A DNA stretch of 64,000 nucleotides from Fibrobacteria bacterium (GTDB taxonomy: Bacteria; Fibrobacterota; Fibrobacteria; UBA11236), in the NCBI GenBank assembly GCA_043745805.1, contig JAYTSD010000014.1, forward strand, positions 61,364 through 125,363. The letters run 5' to 3'. Shown here one piece after another: positions 37,782 through 46,986 of this stretch. The position numbers and the translations under genes are program-made. The notes under the pieces were generated by a model that saw only the letters and a list, made by a program, of their open reading frames with translations, had not been told where the DNA came from and did not search any database. Within the stretch, counting starts at the first letter, position 1; each line of letters starts with the position of its first letter.

Positions 37782-37823
37782 ATTATAAACATGTTTTCAT
37801 GAATTTTCAAGAAGTTTCATGAA
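37782..37823 (-). promoter_or_regulatory. Near-consensus promoter and tandem operator array of TA operon
   Basis: Minus strand TTGAAA-N17-TATAAT; three 10-bp units TTTTCATGAA/TTTTCAAGAA/GTTTCATGAA at 37794-37823. Confidence 0.75.
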
Positions 37824-37826
37824 AAA

Positions 37827-38750
37827 CTACAGCTTTATTCCTAAAGACCAATAATGCGCAGGGCTTAAAGTTTCATGGCTTTGGAAAGCATAATCAAATT
37901 GAAAGACATCCCAGCGCAAACCTAATCCTAATGCTATTCCTGGCTCTTGCTCACCCATGGGAAAGCCTGCTCGTCCATAGAGACAATCACGCCAATTCAT
38001 TTCCAAACCTATTGGCCAAGTTAACTCTTCATCATTACGCGACCGCGCATCAACTGCACCCGTCACCTTCAAGTTACTGGTTAGGCTTTGTTTGTAGGCT
38101 AAACCTGCTTGCAAAGCAGTAGGTGGAAATGGATTGGCATTGCCAGTATATTGAGCCTTGGAAGTCCAAATATCGGCATTTGTTCCGCTAGCGCCTATGC
38201 TTAAACCTTTCCACACTTCATAATGCAAACCTCCATTAATCATCACGGTAGCATAATTCGCTTCGGCAATATTATTTTGAGCAAAATTTCCGGTTAAACC
38301 CCATTGCACGTCTTTTAACACTCCTGCTGCGCCAACTTGTAATTTCAAAGTATGGGCACCATAATCCGTGGTGGATTGGTTATTTTCTAAAAAGCCTGGG
38401 ATATTGTTAAACCCTAAATACCTTGCATTCAACAATAAACGATAGGATTGAATAGGTAAAGACCAAGTAATAAAATTGCTATTGCTCTGAAATTCTGCAA
38501 AGGGATAACCGCGCCCTACCACAATCAAACCACCCTCAGCAGCTGCCCCTGCGGGATTCAAATCCAATCCGGAAGCATCCAGAATTGCTGCCACACCGGA
38601 TCCAGCCATACCTGCAATACGAGGGGCCAAAGGCAATTTCAAAAATTTAAAACTCGCTTCGCCGAATTGTTTGTCGGTTTCCAGCGACCAAACCGAAGAG
38701 TTCAAAACCCAAATTAGGGTAAAAATGAATACTGTTTTAATCATAGGCAT
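37827..38750 (-). CDS. PorV/PorQ-like (UPF0164-type) outer-membrane beta-barrel
   Basis: Signal peptide; FKFLKLPLAPRIAGMAG..A.....LNPAG; terminal FDYAF...SLGIKL. Confidence 0.75.
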   Translation of the reverse strand: MPMIKTVFIFTLIWVLNSSVWSLETDKQFGEASFKFLKLPLAPRIAGMAGSGVAAILDASGLDLNPAGAAAEGGLIVVGRGYPFAEFQSNSNFITWSLPIQSYRLLLNARYLGFNNIPGFLENNQSTTDYGAHTLKLQVGAAGVLKDVQWGLTGNFAQNNIAEANYATVMINGGLHYEVWKGLSIGASGTNADIWTSKAQYTGNANPFPPTALQAGLAYKQSLTSNLKVTGAVDARSRNDEELTWPIGLEMNWRDCLYGRAGFPMGEQEPGIALGLGLRWDVFQFDYAFQSHETLSPAHYWSLGIKL

Positions 38751-38784
38751 AATGTAAAAAGAAAAAATTGCGGCCTAACTTCCG

Positions 38785-39819
38785 TTAGAAAGCAGATCGC
38801 AATCCTATTTGATAGGGATTGATGGTGAGAAGACCTTGCTCCATTACCAAGGCATAATCGAGATAAATTGGATGTTTGCCTATGGCCGTGGCATACGTGA
38901 AACCTGTACTTAAATTGCCTCGATCATAACCAATGCGCGGCGCAAAATTTTCATAGACTTGGCAATTCATTCCTAAACGAAAATCCCAAACATGAAAATT
39001 TTGATCAGTAACCAAAAATTGATCTTTTAACATAAAGTCGAGCAATTCAAAATTGAGATCCCAATTTTTAGAAAACCAATTTTCTTTATGGGAAACGGCA
39101 AGTACCAAAGTTTTTGGAAAAAAATCTTCATTACTGTTTTGACCAAAACTTCCCGCTTGCTCACCCTTATCAACTGTAACAGCATAATTAGCAGATAAAC
39201 GCGAATTGATTCCCAAATTCCGTATCACCATTGCACTTCGCCAACTCTCAGTCCAGCGCCGATACCAACCTAAATTAAACATACCGATTTCATTTATATT
39301 CCCCACACCATTTCCCACATCAATCGTTGAAGAAAACCAAGGAAGAGTTATTCCAAAGCTATTGCTACGTGATGTTTTAAAGCCCAAGCCTAAGTAGTAG
39401 CCTAAGTATTGAGGTCTGGCGGTCCCAATGGAATTTTCATTTTCGTCATAGGCCTTAACCCCTAAGTCTCCACGTTCAAGAACACCGAGTCCTATTCCTA
39501 GATTACTTGCAGCCAAGGTTTGAATTCCGATAAAGCCACCATCTCTGTCAAGACTACGATACTCTCCACCTGCGCCAACCATGGTTTTTTTACTGAAAGG
39601 TAATAGTGCGGGATTCCAATACGCACCTGGCATAGCCTCTTCCATAGCACTGCCCGTATTCCCCATACCCAATTCATGAATGCCGCCACCCATGCGATCG
39701 AGCCAACCTTCATGACCTGCTAAAATTTCTTCACTGGTAGCAAATAATTTTGGAGTTAATGAAAGGCCCAATGCCAAAATTATAATTGGTAAGATATTGA
39801 TATTTCGTAATGGTCTCAT
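38785..39819 (-). CDS. PorV-like outer-membrane beta-barrel
   Basis: Signal peptide; ELGMGNTGSA...AYWNPALL; LDYAL...IGLRSAF terminal Phe. Confidence 0.72.
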   Translation of the reverse strand: MRPLRNINILPIIILALGLSLTPKLFATSEEILAGHEGWLDRMGGGIHELGMGNTGSAMEEAMPGAYWNPALLPFSKKTMVGAGGEYRSLDRDGGFIGIQTLAASNLGIGLGVLERGDLGVKAYDENENSIGTARPQYLGYYLGLGFKTSRSNSFGITLPWFSSTIDVGNGVGNINEIGMFNLGWYRRWTESWRSAMVIRNLGINSRLSANYAVTVDKGEQAGSFGQNSNEDFFPKTLVLAVSHKENWFSKNWDLNFELLDFMLKDQFLVTDQNFHVWDFRLGMNCQVYENFAPRIGYDRGNLSTGFTYATAIGKHPIYLDYALVMEQGLLTINPYQIGLRSAF

Positions 39820-41462
39820 GGCTCCCGACCTCTAGTCACAATAGCTTTTCCCCAACCTTTTTCGCCATTTTCCGATTCTACAAGGATATAATAAGTGCCG
39901 ATTGACACAAATCGTCCACCTGAATCTTTGCCATCCCATCTATCTTCTAAAAGATTTTCACTACGACTTAATCCTCCCTTGCGAAACGATTTGGAAACTA
40001 TGGTTTTAACTTTTTCCATCGCATAATTATAAACCGTGATCGACACCTTAGAATCTTTATCCAATTGATAACCGATATTCACAAACTCTGGCTCGCCATT
40101 ACTTTTTGTACCACGAAACAAAGTGGGAAAAGTGACCACCTCTTTTAATTTATGTTTTAAAAGTTTTAAACGATTTTCGTTTTTCCAAAATCCACTATCT
40201 CCATCCGTGGTTAACCTGTAGAATACTCCCTTGCTATTTGACGTGGCTATCAAAAGGTTTTTATTGCTTTCCTGTAAAATTCCTAATCCCAACAAACTGC
40301 CTTGACCTCGCTTAAAATCAAAGCCTGTATTATCGGAACCATCTAAAACAATTTCACCAAAGCTTGTGTCATTTTTGGTTGTCGATTTATAGGCAAGCAA
40401 GGTATCGCGGAAAAAATGAATTAAACCGGGATGATCTCCCATATCAAAATTAATGATACTGGTATCTCCCTTAAATACGACTTTCGGTGGCGTATTGTAG
40501 CTTACAATATTATCGGGTTGAGTATGCAAGTTGGGTTGATCTGGAGGCTTGTGAAAACTTGCTCCATGATTATCACTGTAGTAAAAATGCGAATTGGTAA
40601 ATGCCCACAAAATATTGCTTTGGAACTTTCCTACAAGGCTACTTACACCCTTATCAATTAAAGGCAAGGTTATTTTTGAAAATATCTTGCTCCCCAATAA
40701 ACCGCGCCGCAACCCTTTATCGGTTCCTATTAAAATCCATGAGGTATCCGTATTAACTACATCAACATATAAGGCTAAAATTTTTTCAACTGCCCCAATA
40801 TTATTGTTAATCCAATTAAGCGTATCAATATTACAAGGCTTAGTATAATCCAATGAACAATTCAAAAATTCTTGTGCGGTATCGGAAGCCGTAGTTAAGG
40901 TTAAAAAATGTAAGGCAGGATCCGCTAAAGCAGATATGATGGTATCCTCAGCCGAGAGATTTTGTACAGCAAAACCTGCACGTCCTGCACCCATTACAAC
41001 TTTGCTATTTCCCGCAAGGGCCAAGGCATTAAAAAAAACATCCTTATTTAGATTTGTATTTTTGGAAGTATTTCGAGTAAAGTGCATACTGTCAATACGT
41101 ACCGCAGGATCATGTCCAAGACGTAACAAACCCGTTACGGATACTGAATCGGATTGCTGTGCTCCATAAAATAATAATACCGATTTCTTTCGGCCTGCTC
41201 CACCCAATATTGGGGAGGGCAAAGGCAACTCTTCTTTTGTATGAATATCGATGGGATTCGTGAAAAAATTTATGCGGCTAAAACCAAAACTAGGGTCGGC
41301 AAATACCCAAGCCAAACTGGAATCCGTCACCACTATTCCAGTAGATTTGGACACTAAAGGATCGCTTTGTGAAAAGCCACTGACCGCTAAAGCTAGGGCG
41401 ATTAAATAGCTTTTAAAAAGCAACTTTGCAGTAACCGTAACCGCCATAGATTTTTTATACAT
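39816..41462 (-). CDS. Secreted propeller-like protein with C-terminal FlgD-Ig/T9SS-like domain
   Basis: Signal peptide; IGTDKGL and YSDNHGASF propeller/BNR-like repeats; FPT..IGYQL..VSITVYN..WDGKDSGGRFVSIGTYYILVE. Confidence 0.7.
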   Translation of the reverse strand: MYKKSMAVTVTAKLLFKSYLIALALAVSGFSQSDPLVSKSTGIVVTDSSLAWVFADPSFGFSRINFFTNPIDIHTKEELPLPSPILGGAGRKKSVLLFYGAQQSDSVSVTGLLRLGHDPAVRIDSMHFTRNTSKNTNLNKDVFFNALALAGNSKVVMGAGRAGFAVQNLSAEDTIISALADPALHFLTLTTASDTAQEFLNCSLDYTKPCNIDTLNWINNNIGAVEKILALYVDVVNTDTSWILIGTDKGLRRGLLGSKIFSKITLPLIDKGVSSLVGKFQSNILWAFTNSHFYYSDNHGASFHKPPDQPNLHTQPDNIVSYNTPPKVVFKGDTSIINFDMGDHPGLIHFFRDTLLAYKSTTKNDTSFGEIVLDGSDNTGFDFKRGQGSLLGLGILQESNKNLLIATSNSKGVFYRLTTDGDSGFWKNENRLKLLKHKLKEVVTFPTLFRGTKSNGEPEFVNIGYQLDKDSKVSITVYNYAMEKVKTIVSKSFRKGGLSRSENLLEDRWDGKDSGGRFVSIGTYYILVESENGEKGWGKAIVTRGREP

Positions 41463-41467
41463 TCTGA

Positions 41468-41962
41468 TTACCGATAATTCACAAATTGAAATTCGAATTC
41501 TAATTCGGCATGGCGTACAGCGGAAATAGCACTTTGCAAATCATCCTTATCTTTTCCTGATACGCGCAATTGATCGCCTTGAATTGCGACCTGCACTTTT
41601 AATTTCAAATCTTTAATCAACTTTACAATTTTTTTAGCGCTCTCTTGTTCAATGCCATTTTGAAAAGTGGCATCTTGATGCATGGTCATTTTCCCGCCGG
41701 CTACGGGTTTCGAGTAGGTTACCATTTTAGGGCTGAGATTACGCTTCACCATTTTAGCATTGAATACGTCTCGAACTTGCTCTAATTTAAATTCATCATC
41801 CGCTACTAAAGTGACTTTGCCTTCTTTATCCACTTCAACGGAGGCCTTACTTCCTTTAAAATCAAATCGATTACCAATTTCTTTTTGTGTTTGTTGCACA
41901 GCATTGCGGATCTCTTCTTTATCTACTTTGCAAACAATGTCGAATGAACTTTCTGTCGCCAT
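41468..41962 (-). CDS. yajQ: YajQ family nucleotide/c-di-GMP-binding protein
   Basis: SFDIVCKVD, RFDFKGS, KVQVAIQGDQLRVSGKDKDDLQ, QFVNYR. Confidence 0.95.
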   Translation of the reverse strand: MATESSFDIVCKVDKEEIRNAVQQTQKEIGNRFDFKGSKASVEVDKEGKVTLVADDEFKLEQVRDVFNAKMVKRNLSPKMVTYSKPVAGGKMTMHQDATFQNGIEQESAKKIVKLIKDLKLKVQVAIQGDQLRVSGKDKDDLQSAISAVRHAELEFEFQFVNYR

Positions 41963-41994
41963 TTTTCCCTCTATTTTTTCAAACTATGCACTAA

Positions 41995-42681
41995 TTAATC
42001 CCGCATATCCACTACTTCCGCCCCTTCAGGCGAAGTAAAACTAAAAATACTTTCTTTGATTCCAGTATTTCGTTTAACCGAAGTGAGTGTGTACGTGGAT
42101 CGGTTTTCTGATAAATCCTCACTAATTATTTTTTCGACACTTCCGTCATCCCGCATAAACACCATCAAGGATTTGGTATTCTTCAATGCTTTACTTGGAT
42201 CCAATTTCAATTTTAATAAAGATTTCCCCTGCTCCAAAACACTTTCCACACTCAATGGCTCGGCATCTAAAAAGCGAAATAAGACTTGACCAGGTAAAGC
42301 TGCCCCGTCAATATCCTGAGCCTTTTTAATTTGCACTTGTTTATTCGCAGGTTGATATTGCCAAAAAGTTTTTCCATCCGACACGCATTGTAAAGCCGGC
42401 ATTTCCAAACGAAACTTCACACTATCTTTCAACCATAAATGCCCTTTAAAATGGTCGGTTTTTTCGGTGGCTTCAGTATAAACTTCCGCTTTGAAATTAA
42501 TTTGTATATCTTCCGCTTCGCGATAAAACACAATTGCTTTATGTAAAAGTGCATGCGCTTCGGGAAGATGGGTTGAAGTAGCTGCAAATGAGGATGCAAA
42601 TCCCTGCCACAAACATGCGAAAATTAAAGCGCTATATACTTTAAATGGCTTATAAAACAATGGTTTAGTTTTCCTTTTCAA
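41995..42681 (-). CDS. lolA: Outer-membrane lipoprotein carrier LolA
   Basis: KFRLE, VSDGKTFWQYQPANKQV, C-terminal FSFTSPEGAEVVD. Confidence 0.85.
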   Translation of the reverse strand: MKRKTKPLFYKPFKVYSALIFACLWQGFASSFAATSTHLPEAHALLHKAIVFYREAEDIQINFKAEVYTEATEKTDHFKGHLWLKDSVKFRLEMPALQCVSDGKTFWQYQPANKQVQIKKAQDIDGAALPGQVLFRFLDAEPLSVESVLEQGKSLLKLKLDPSKALKNTKSLMVFMRDDGSVEKIISEDLSENRSTYTLTSVKRNTGIKESIFSFTSPEGAEVVDMRD

Positions 42682-42875
42682 TCGCTGTAATAAAACAAAA
42701 ACCCATTATTTGGACCAGTGTCAATGCTTATACAGAAACATATTTGTTCCTCAAGATGAAATACTTAATTTAATTGCATGAAAACGTCTTCCCCTCTGCC
42801 TATCTTTTGCGCTATTTGAAGTCCAAAAACAAGGAAATTCAATTGTCAGAATCACCACATTTGCCTCTCGATATT

Positions 42876-44279
42876 ATGCAACATTGTTTTTTTTCAGGTA
42901 TTGCTGGAACGGGAATGAGTGCTTTAGCCCAATACTTAGCCTTCTCAGGAAATAAAATTAGCGGATCCGATCGTAGTTTTGATCAAAATCGCGAAACGAT
43001 TAAAAAAGATTATTTTCTCCAACTAGGGGCGCATTTATATGCTCAAGATGGTTCGGGTCTGCATCAAGGCATTAGCGCCCTAATTGTATCCACCGCCATC
43101 GAAGCACAAAACCCCGAAATTCAAAAAGCCCGCGATTTAAATATTCCCATCCTTCATCGAGCCGACTTACTTGCGCATTTAGCTTCGCTCAAAAAAACCA
43201 TTGCGATTGCGGGAACCTCCGGAAAATCGACCGTAACCGGCATGTTATTTCATATTTTGGAAGCCGCGGAGTTATCCCCGTCACTCATTACAGGTGCTAA
43301 TCTTTTAACTTTGCAATCGGAGGGATTATTGGGAAATGCCAAAACCGGAAAAGGTGATTGGTTATTGATTGAAGCCGATGAAAGCGATGGCAGCTTGGTA
43401 AAATATCATCCCGCTTTATCTTTAATTTTAAATATTGAAAAAGATCATCAAGAGATTGAACAGCTTATTCCTTTGTTTGCTATGCTTTTACAACAAACCG
43501 AGGGAAGAGCCATTCTGAATGAAGAAGATCCCGCTTGTAAAAAATTACATCGCCCTCAAGATTGGTCCTTCACGCATAACTCCTCGCAACATCAAAGCAT
43601 TGAAAATTTGATTTTAAAGGATTGGGATTCCCAATTTGATTTTGCCGGTTACACCTTCCAAATCAATGTACCTGGTGCGCATAATGTGGCAAATGCTTTA
43701 GCTGCTTTAACTGCGGCGCGCGCTTTGCAAGTACCTCTGGAAGCTTGCGTGGCAGGATTGGCCCTATACCGTGGAGTGGAAAGACGGCATATTCACATTG
43801 GAACTGTGAATCATATCACGATAGTTGACGATTTTGCGCATAACCCTGCCAAAGTGAGAGCTTGTTTGGCTACGCTTAAACAAAACCCTGCTTCAATTAA
43901 AACCGATAATTATCCGAAACGAATTTTAGCCATATTCCATCCTCATGGTTTTGCCCCTATGAAATTAATGGGGAAAGATATTGTGACAGGAATTGCTGAA
44001 GTATTAGATGGGCAAGATAAATTCTATATGCCGGAAATTTATTATGTGGGCGGAACAGCGGATAAAAGTATATCGTCACGCGATTTAATTCATTTTTTGA
44101 ATCAACAAAAAAATATCGGTGAATTTTATCCCGACAAAACTTCCCTTGCCAATGCCGTAATTGCTGCATCCAAACCCGGTGATTGGATTGTCAGCATGGG
44201 CGCTCGCGACCCTAGCCTTGGTGATTTTGCAAAGGCTTTGTACCAAAAGCTGCAAGAACGCTTTCCAAAGCCCGTATAA
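42876..44279 (+). CDS. murC: UDP-N-acetylmuramate--L-alanine ligase (MurC/Mpl-like)
   Basis: FSGIAGTGMSALA, SGSD, AGTSGKST, IEADESDGS, DDFAHNP. Confidence 0.85.
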   Translation: MQHCFFSGIAGTGMSALAQYLAFSGNKISGSDRSFDQNRETIKKDYFLQLGAHLYAQDGSGLHQGISALIVSTAIEAQNPEIQKARDLNIPILHRADLLAHLASLKKTIAIAGTSGKSTVTGMLFHILEAAELSPSLITGANLLTLQSEGLLGNAKTGKGDWLLIEADESDGSLVKYHPALSLILNIEKDHQEIEQLIPLFAMLLQQTEGRAILNEEDPACKKLHRPQDWSFTHNSSQHQSIENLILKDWDSQFDFAGYTFQINVPGAHNVANALAALTAARALQVPLEACVAGLALYRGVERRHIHIGTVNHITIVDDFAHNPAKVRACLATLKQNPASIKTDNYPKRILAIFHPHGFAPMKLMGKDIVTGIAEVLDGQDKFYMPEIYYVGGTADKSISSRDLIHFLNQQKNIGEFYPDKTSLANAVIAASKPGDWIVSMGARDPSLGDFAKALYQKLQERFPKPV

Positions 44280-44415
44280 AACCGCTTTTACGACTCACTA
44301 ACCGCAGACTCAGGAAAATCAAGGAATTAAGCGATTAAAGGTTGACGGATCCCTAGGAATTTTCTCACTTTGGGGTCCAAAATTTTTGATATTCACAGCT
44401 ATAAATTGAGGTCCT

Positions 44416-44511
44416 ATGCCTTGCGGAAAAAAGAGAAAAAGAAAAAAAATGGCGACTCACAAGCGGAAGAAGAGACGCCGTTTGAACCGTCATAAGAAGA
44501 AATTGGTTTAA
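44416..44511 (+). CDS. 31-aa basic small protein, bS22/mS38 (AURKAIP1/COX24-type) ribosomal-protein-like
   Basis: MPCGKKRKRKKMATHKRKKRRRLNRHKKKLV after GAGG; followed by a terminator; absent from the supplied ORF track. Confidence 0.85.
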   Translation: MPCGKKRKRKKMATHKRKKRRRLNRHKKKLV

Positions 44512-44529
44512 TCCAATTCTGAATGCTTT

Positions 44530-44562
44530 CGAAAGGGCTGCAAAGGCCCTTTCGTTGTTTTT
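44530..44562 (+). terminator. Rho-independent terminator of the small basic ORF
   Basis: CGAAAGGGC-TGCAAAG-GCCCTTTCG then TTGTTTTT. Confidence 0.75.
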
Positions 44563-44645
44563 ATTGGTTTGGTTATGTGGGATGTCGGGATTTAATCGGT
44601 TCCGTTATTCGCGTTTATGAAATTGGTTTCGGAATAATATGATTC

Positions 44646-44683
44646 AAAATGTAGGGGTTGAAGATTTTCAGCCCCTACATTTT
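44646..44683. repeat. GTAG-type REP-like palindrome downstream of rph
   Basis: AAAATGTAGGGGTTGAA-GATT-TTCAGCCCCTACATTTT. Confidence 0.6.
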
Positions 44684-44698
44684 AGGTGCCATTCAATT

Positions 44699-45433
44699 TT
44701 ACGGTAAAACGTGAATGAATTTTTTTTGAACTTCCAGCCAATCGCGACAGCCTTTTTCGGCTAAGTCGAGTAATTGATTGAGTTGGCTTCGTGAAAAAAC
44801 ACTTTCTTCACCGGTGCCTTGTACTTCCACAAATTCGCCCGAATCAGCCATCACCACATTCATATCTACTTCGGCTGCGGAATCTTCGGTATAACATAAA
44901 TCCAACAGGGGAGTACCTTCTAAAATACCTACACTCACTGCCGAAACATAATTTTTAAATATGGGAAGTGGTTTATACGCAGGATTCAAAGCGAGCTGAG
45001 TTTTTACTTTTTCAGCTGCGCGCGCCAAAGCTAAAAAGCCTCCCACAATAGAAGCAGTGCGTGTTCCACCATCCGCTTCCAGCACATCGCAATCGACAAT
45101 AAAATTTCTTTCGCCTAAGGCTTCTAAATTGGTAATGCCTCGCAAAGCTCGGCCAATCAAACGTTGAATTTCTTGCGTGCGTCCACCCACCGAAGTTCTT
45201 TCGCGCTTCACACGTTGCGCCGTGCTGCGCGGAAGTAAGCTATACTCAGCCGTTACCCAACCCTTACCCGTGCCTTTTAACCAACGCGGCACGTCTTCTT
45301 CGACAGTCGCATTGCAAAGCACGCGCGTACGACCAACTTCCACCAAAAAAGATCCTTCGGCACAAGCCACAAAATCTTCGGTAACCTTGATTGATCGCAA
45401 TTCATCAAATTTTCTTCCATCTACACGGATCAT
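44699..45433 (-). CDS. rph: Ribonuclease PH
   Basis: GWVTAEYSLLPRST, GRTQEIQRLIGR, DCDVLEADGGTRTAS, EVQGTGE. Confidence 0.97.
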   Translation of the reverse strand: MIRVDGRKFDELRSIKVTEDFVACAEGSFLVEVGRTRVLCNATVEEDVPRWLKGTGKGWVTAEYSLLPRSTAQRVKRERTSVGGRTQEIQRLIGRALRGITNLEALGERNFIVDCDVLEADGGTRTASIVGGFLALARAAEKVKTQLALNPAYKPLPIFKNYVSAVSVGILEGTPLLDLCYTEDSAAEVDMNVVMADSGEFVEVQGTGEESVFSRSQLNQLLDLAEKGCRDWLEVQKKFIHVLP

Positions 45434-45455
45434 AATTTTATCCTCTATTTTTCGT

Positions 45456-46340
45456 TTAGTTTTTCTGGGTTTTGCTTTTCATGGACCTAGGTAACTTCGG
45501 CAGAAATGTTTTTTTAGCCTCAGGATATATGCCTAATACTTTTACTTCTGCAAAATCTTCAATGGTTAATAAAGCTTTTTCAAAAACTTTCTTTTCTTTG
45601 CCGCAATGCACATCGAGATAAAAATGATATTCGAAAGCAGAACGCGGATCAGGTCGCGATTCGATTTTTAATAAATCGATTTCGCGTAAAGCGAATTCCC
45701 CTAGTATTTGATGCAATACACCAACCGTATTTTTTTTAGGCGTTAATACCAAACTGCATTTATGCGACGGATCGAATTTTATTTTTTGCGGTTTACTGGC
45801 CAGTAACAAAAATCGAGTGTAATTATTAACCGCATTTTCCAAATTACGCTGCAATATTTTTAAACCATATAGCTCCGCCGCTAAAACACTAGCAATAGCG
45901 CCAATATGCAGCGAGGCTTCATCTAGTAAGGATTTAGCCGCGCCTGCGGTATCAAAAAAAGCAATGGGTTTAATTTGAGCGTGCGTGTGAAAAAAATGCG
46001 TGCATTGTGCTAAGGCTTGTGGATGCGAGCGCACCTCGGTTAACTTTTTTAAGTGCGATTTAGGATGGCACAATAGAGCGTGCTCCACACGCAAATAAGT
46101 TTCACCAATAATGTGTAAGTTTTGTGAAAGCAATAAATCATAATTTTGATGAATGCTTCCTCCCAAAGAATTTTCTATGGGAACTAAAGCTCTTTCCACG
46201 ACGCCGGTTTCCACCGCGCAAAATACATCCGCAAAAGTTTCGCAAGCCACCGTGTGACATTTTTCACCTAATAGCTGGCGCGCCGCTAACTCACTATAGG
46301 CACCTGGAACACCTTGAAATGCTGCTTTCATAGATTTCAA
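45456..46340 (-). CDS. pheA: Prephenate dehydratase (PDT + ACT)
   Basis: AFQGVPGAYSE, PIENS, SHPQALAQC, NYTRF, KIESRP. Confidence 0.93.
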   Translation of the reverse strand: MKSMKAAFQGVPGAYSELAARQLLGEKCHTVACETFADVFCAVETGVVERALVPIENSLGGSIHQNYDLLLSQNLHIIGETYLRVEHALLCHPKSHLKKLTEVRSHPQALAQCTHFFHTHAQIKPIAFFDTAGAAKSLLDEASLHIGAIASVLAAELYGLKILQRNLENAVNNYTRFLLLASKPQKIKFDPSHKCSLVLTPKKNTVGVLHQILGEFALREIDLLKIESRPDPRSAFEYHFYLDVHCGKEKKVFEKALLTIEDFAEVKVLGIYPEAKKTFLPKLPRSMKSKTQKN

Positions 46341-46358
46341 ATAGTAGCTGCCTATCTC

Positions 46359-46976
46359 TTATTCTTCAATACCAATGATACGCCGTGCCCCAGCATAATG
46401 ATCCGCAAAATAATCATCATCTAAAGTGGCATAGGAAACACCTAAGTGACTGGCCGAATGAATAAAACGATTTTGCCCCATATATATTCCCGCATGATCG
46501 ATAAGCAGCCAATTACGAAAAAAAACCAAATCACCCACGCGTAAATTGGCGCGCGATACGGGTTCCCCTAAATGATATTGTTGCACCGAACTATGCGGTA
46601 ATTTTCGATTGTACACTTGCAAAAAAATTTGGCGCACAAATCCCGAGCAATCAAAACCAGCGCGACTTTGACCCCCAAAAGAATATGGCACGCCCAAATA
46701 GGATTCCGCTATTTTTTTTAAGCTTTCACTTTTGGGAACGTCTTCATTATCCGAGGATTCATCCAAGGTTTCAGCGGAAGTACTTTCTTCCACAACTTCT
46801 ATAAAAGCGTTATTAATTTTTGGATTGGACAACGCTTCGTTTCTTTTTGTAAAGACAGAAGTGTTACGATACTCGCCATGACTACGATTATAATCGGGTC
46901 GCAAAGGATAAGCACAATGCTCCGCCATTAAGACTAAGCATAATGCTAGCCAAGGCCTAAGTTTAAACTTGGGCAT
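46359..46976 (-). CDS. NlpC/P60 (C40) peptidoglycan endopeptidase
   Basis: YLGVPYSFGG..GFDCSGF, GDLVFF, HAGIY, FIHSA; start MPKF chosen to avoid overlap with gatA. Confidence 0.9.
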   Translation of the reverse strand: MPKFKLRPWLALCLVLMAEHCAYPLRPDYNRSHGEYRNTSVFTKRNEALSNPKINNAFIEVVEESTSAETLDESSDNEDVPKSESLKKIAESYLGVPYSFGGQSRAGFDCSGFVRQIFLQVYNRKLPHSSVQQYHLGEPVSRANLRVGDLVFFRNWLLIDHAGIYMGQNRFIHSASHLGVSYATLDDDYFADHYAGARRIIGIEE

Positions 46977-46986
46977 CAAGCCACAA

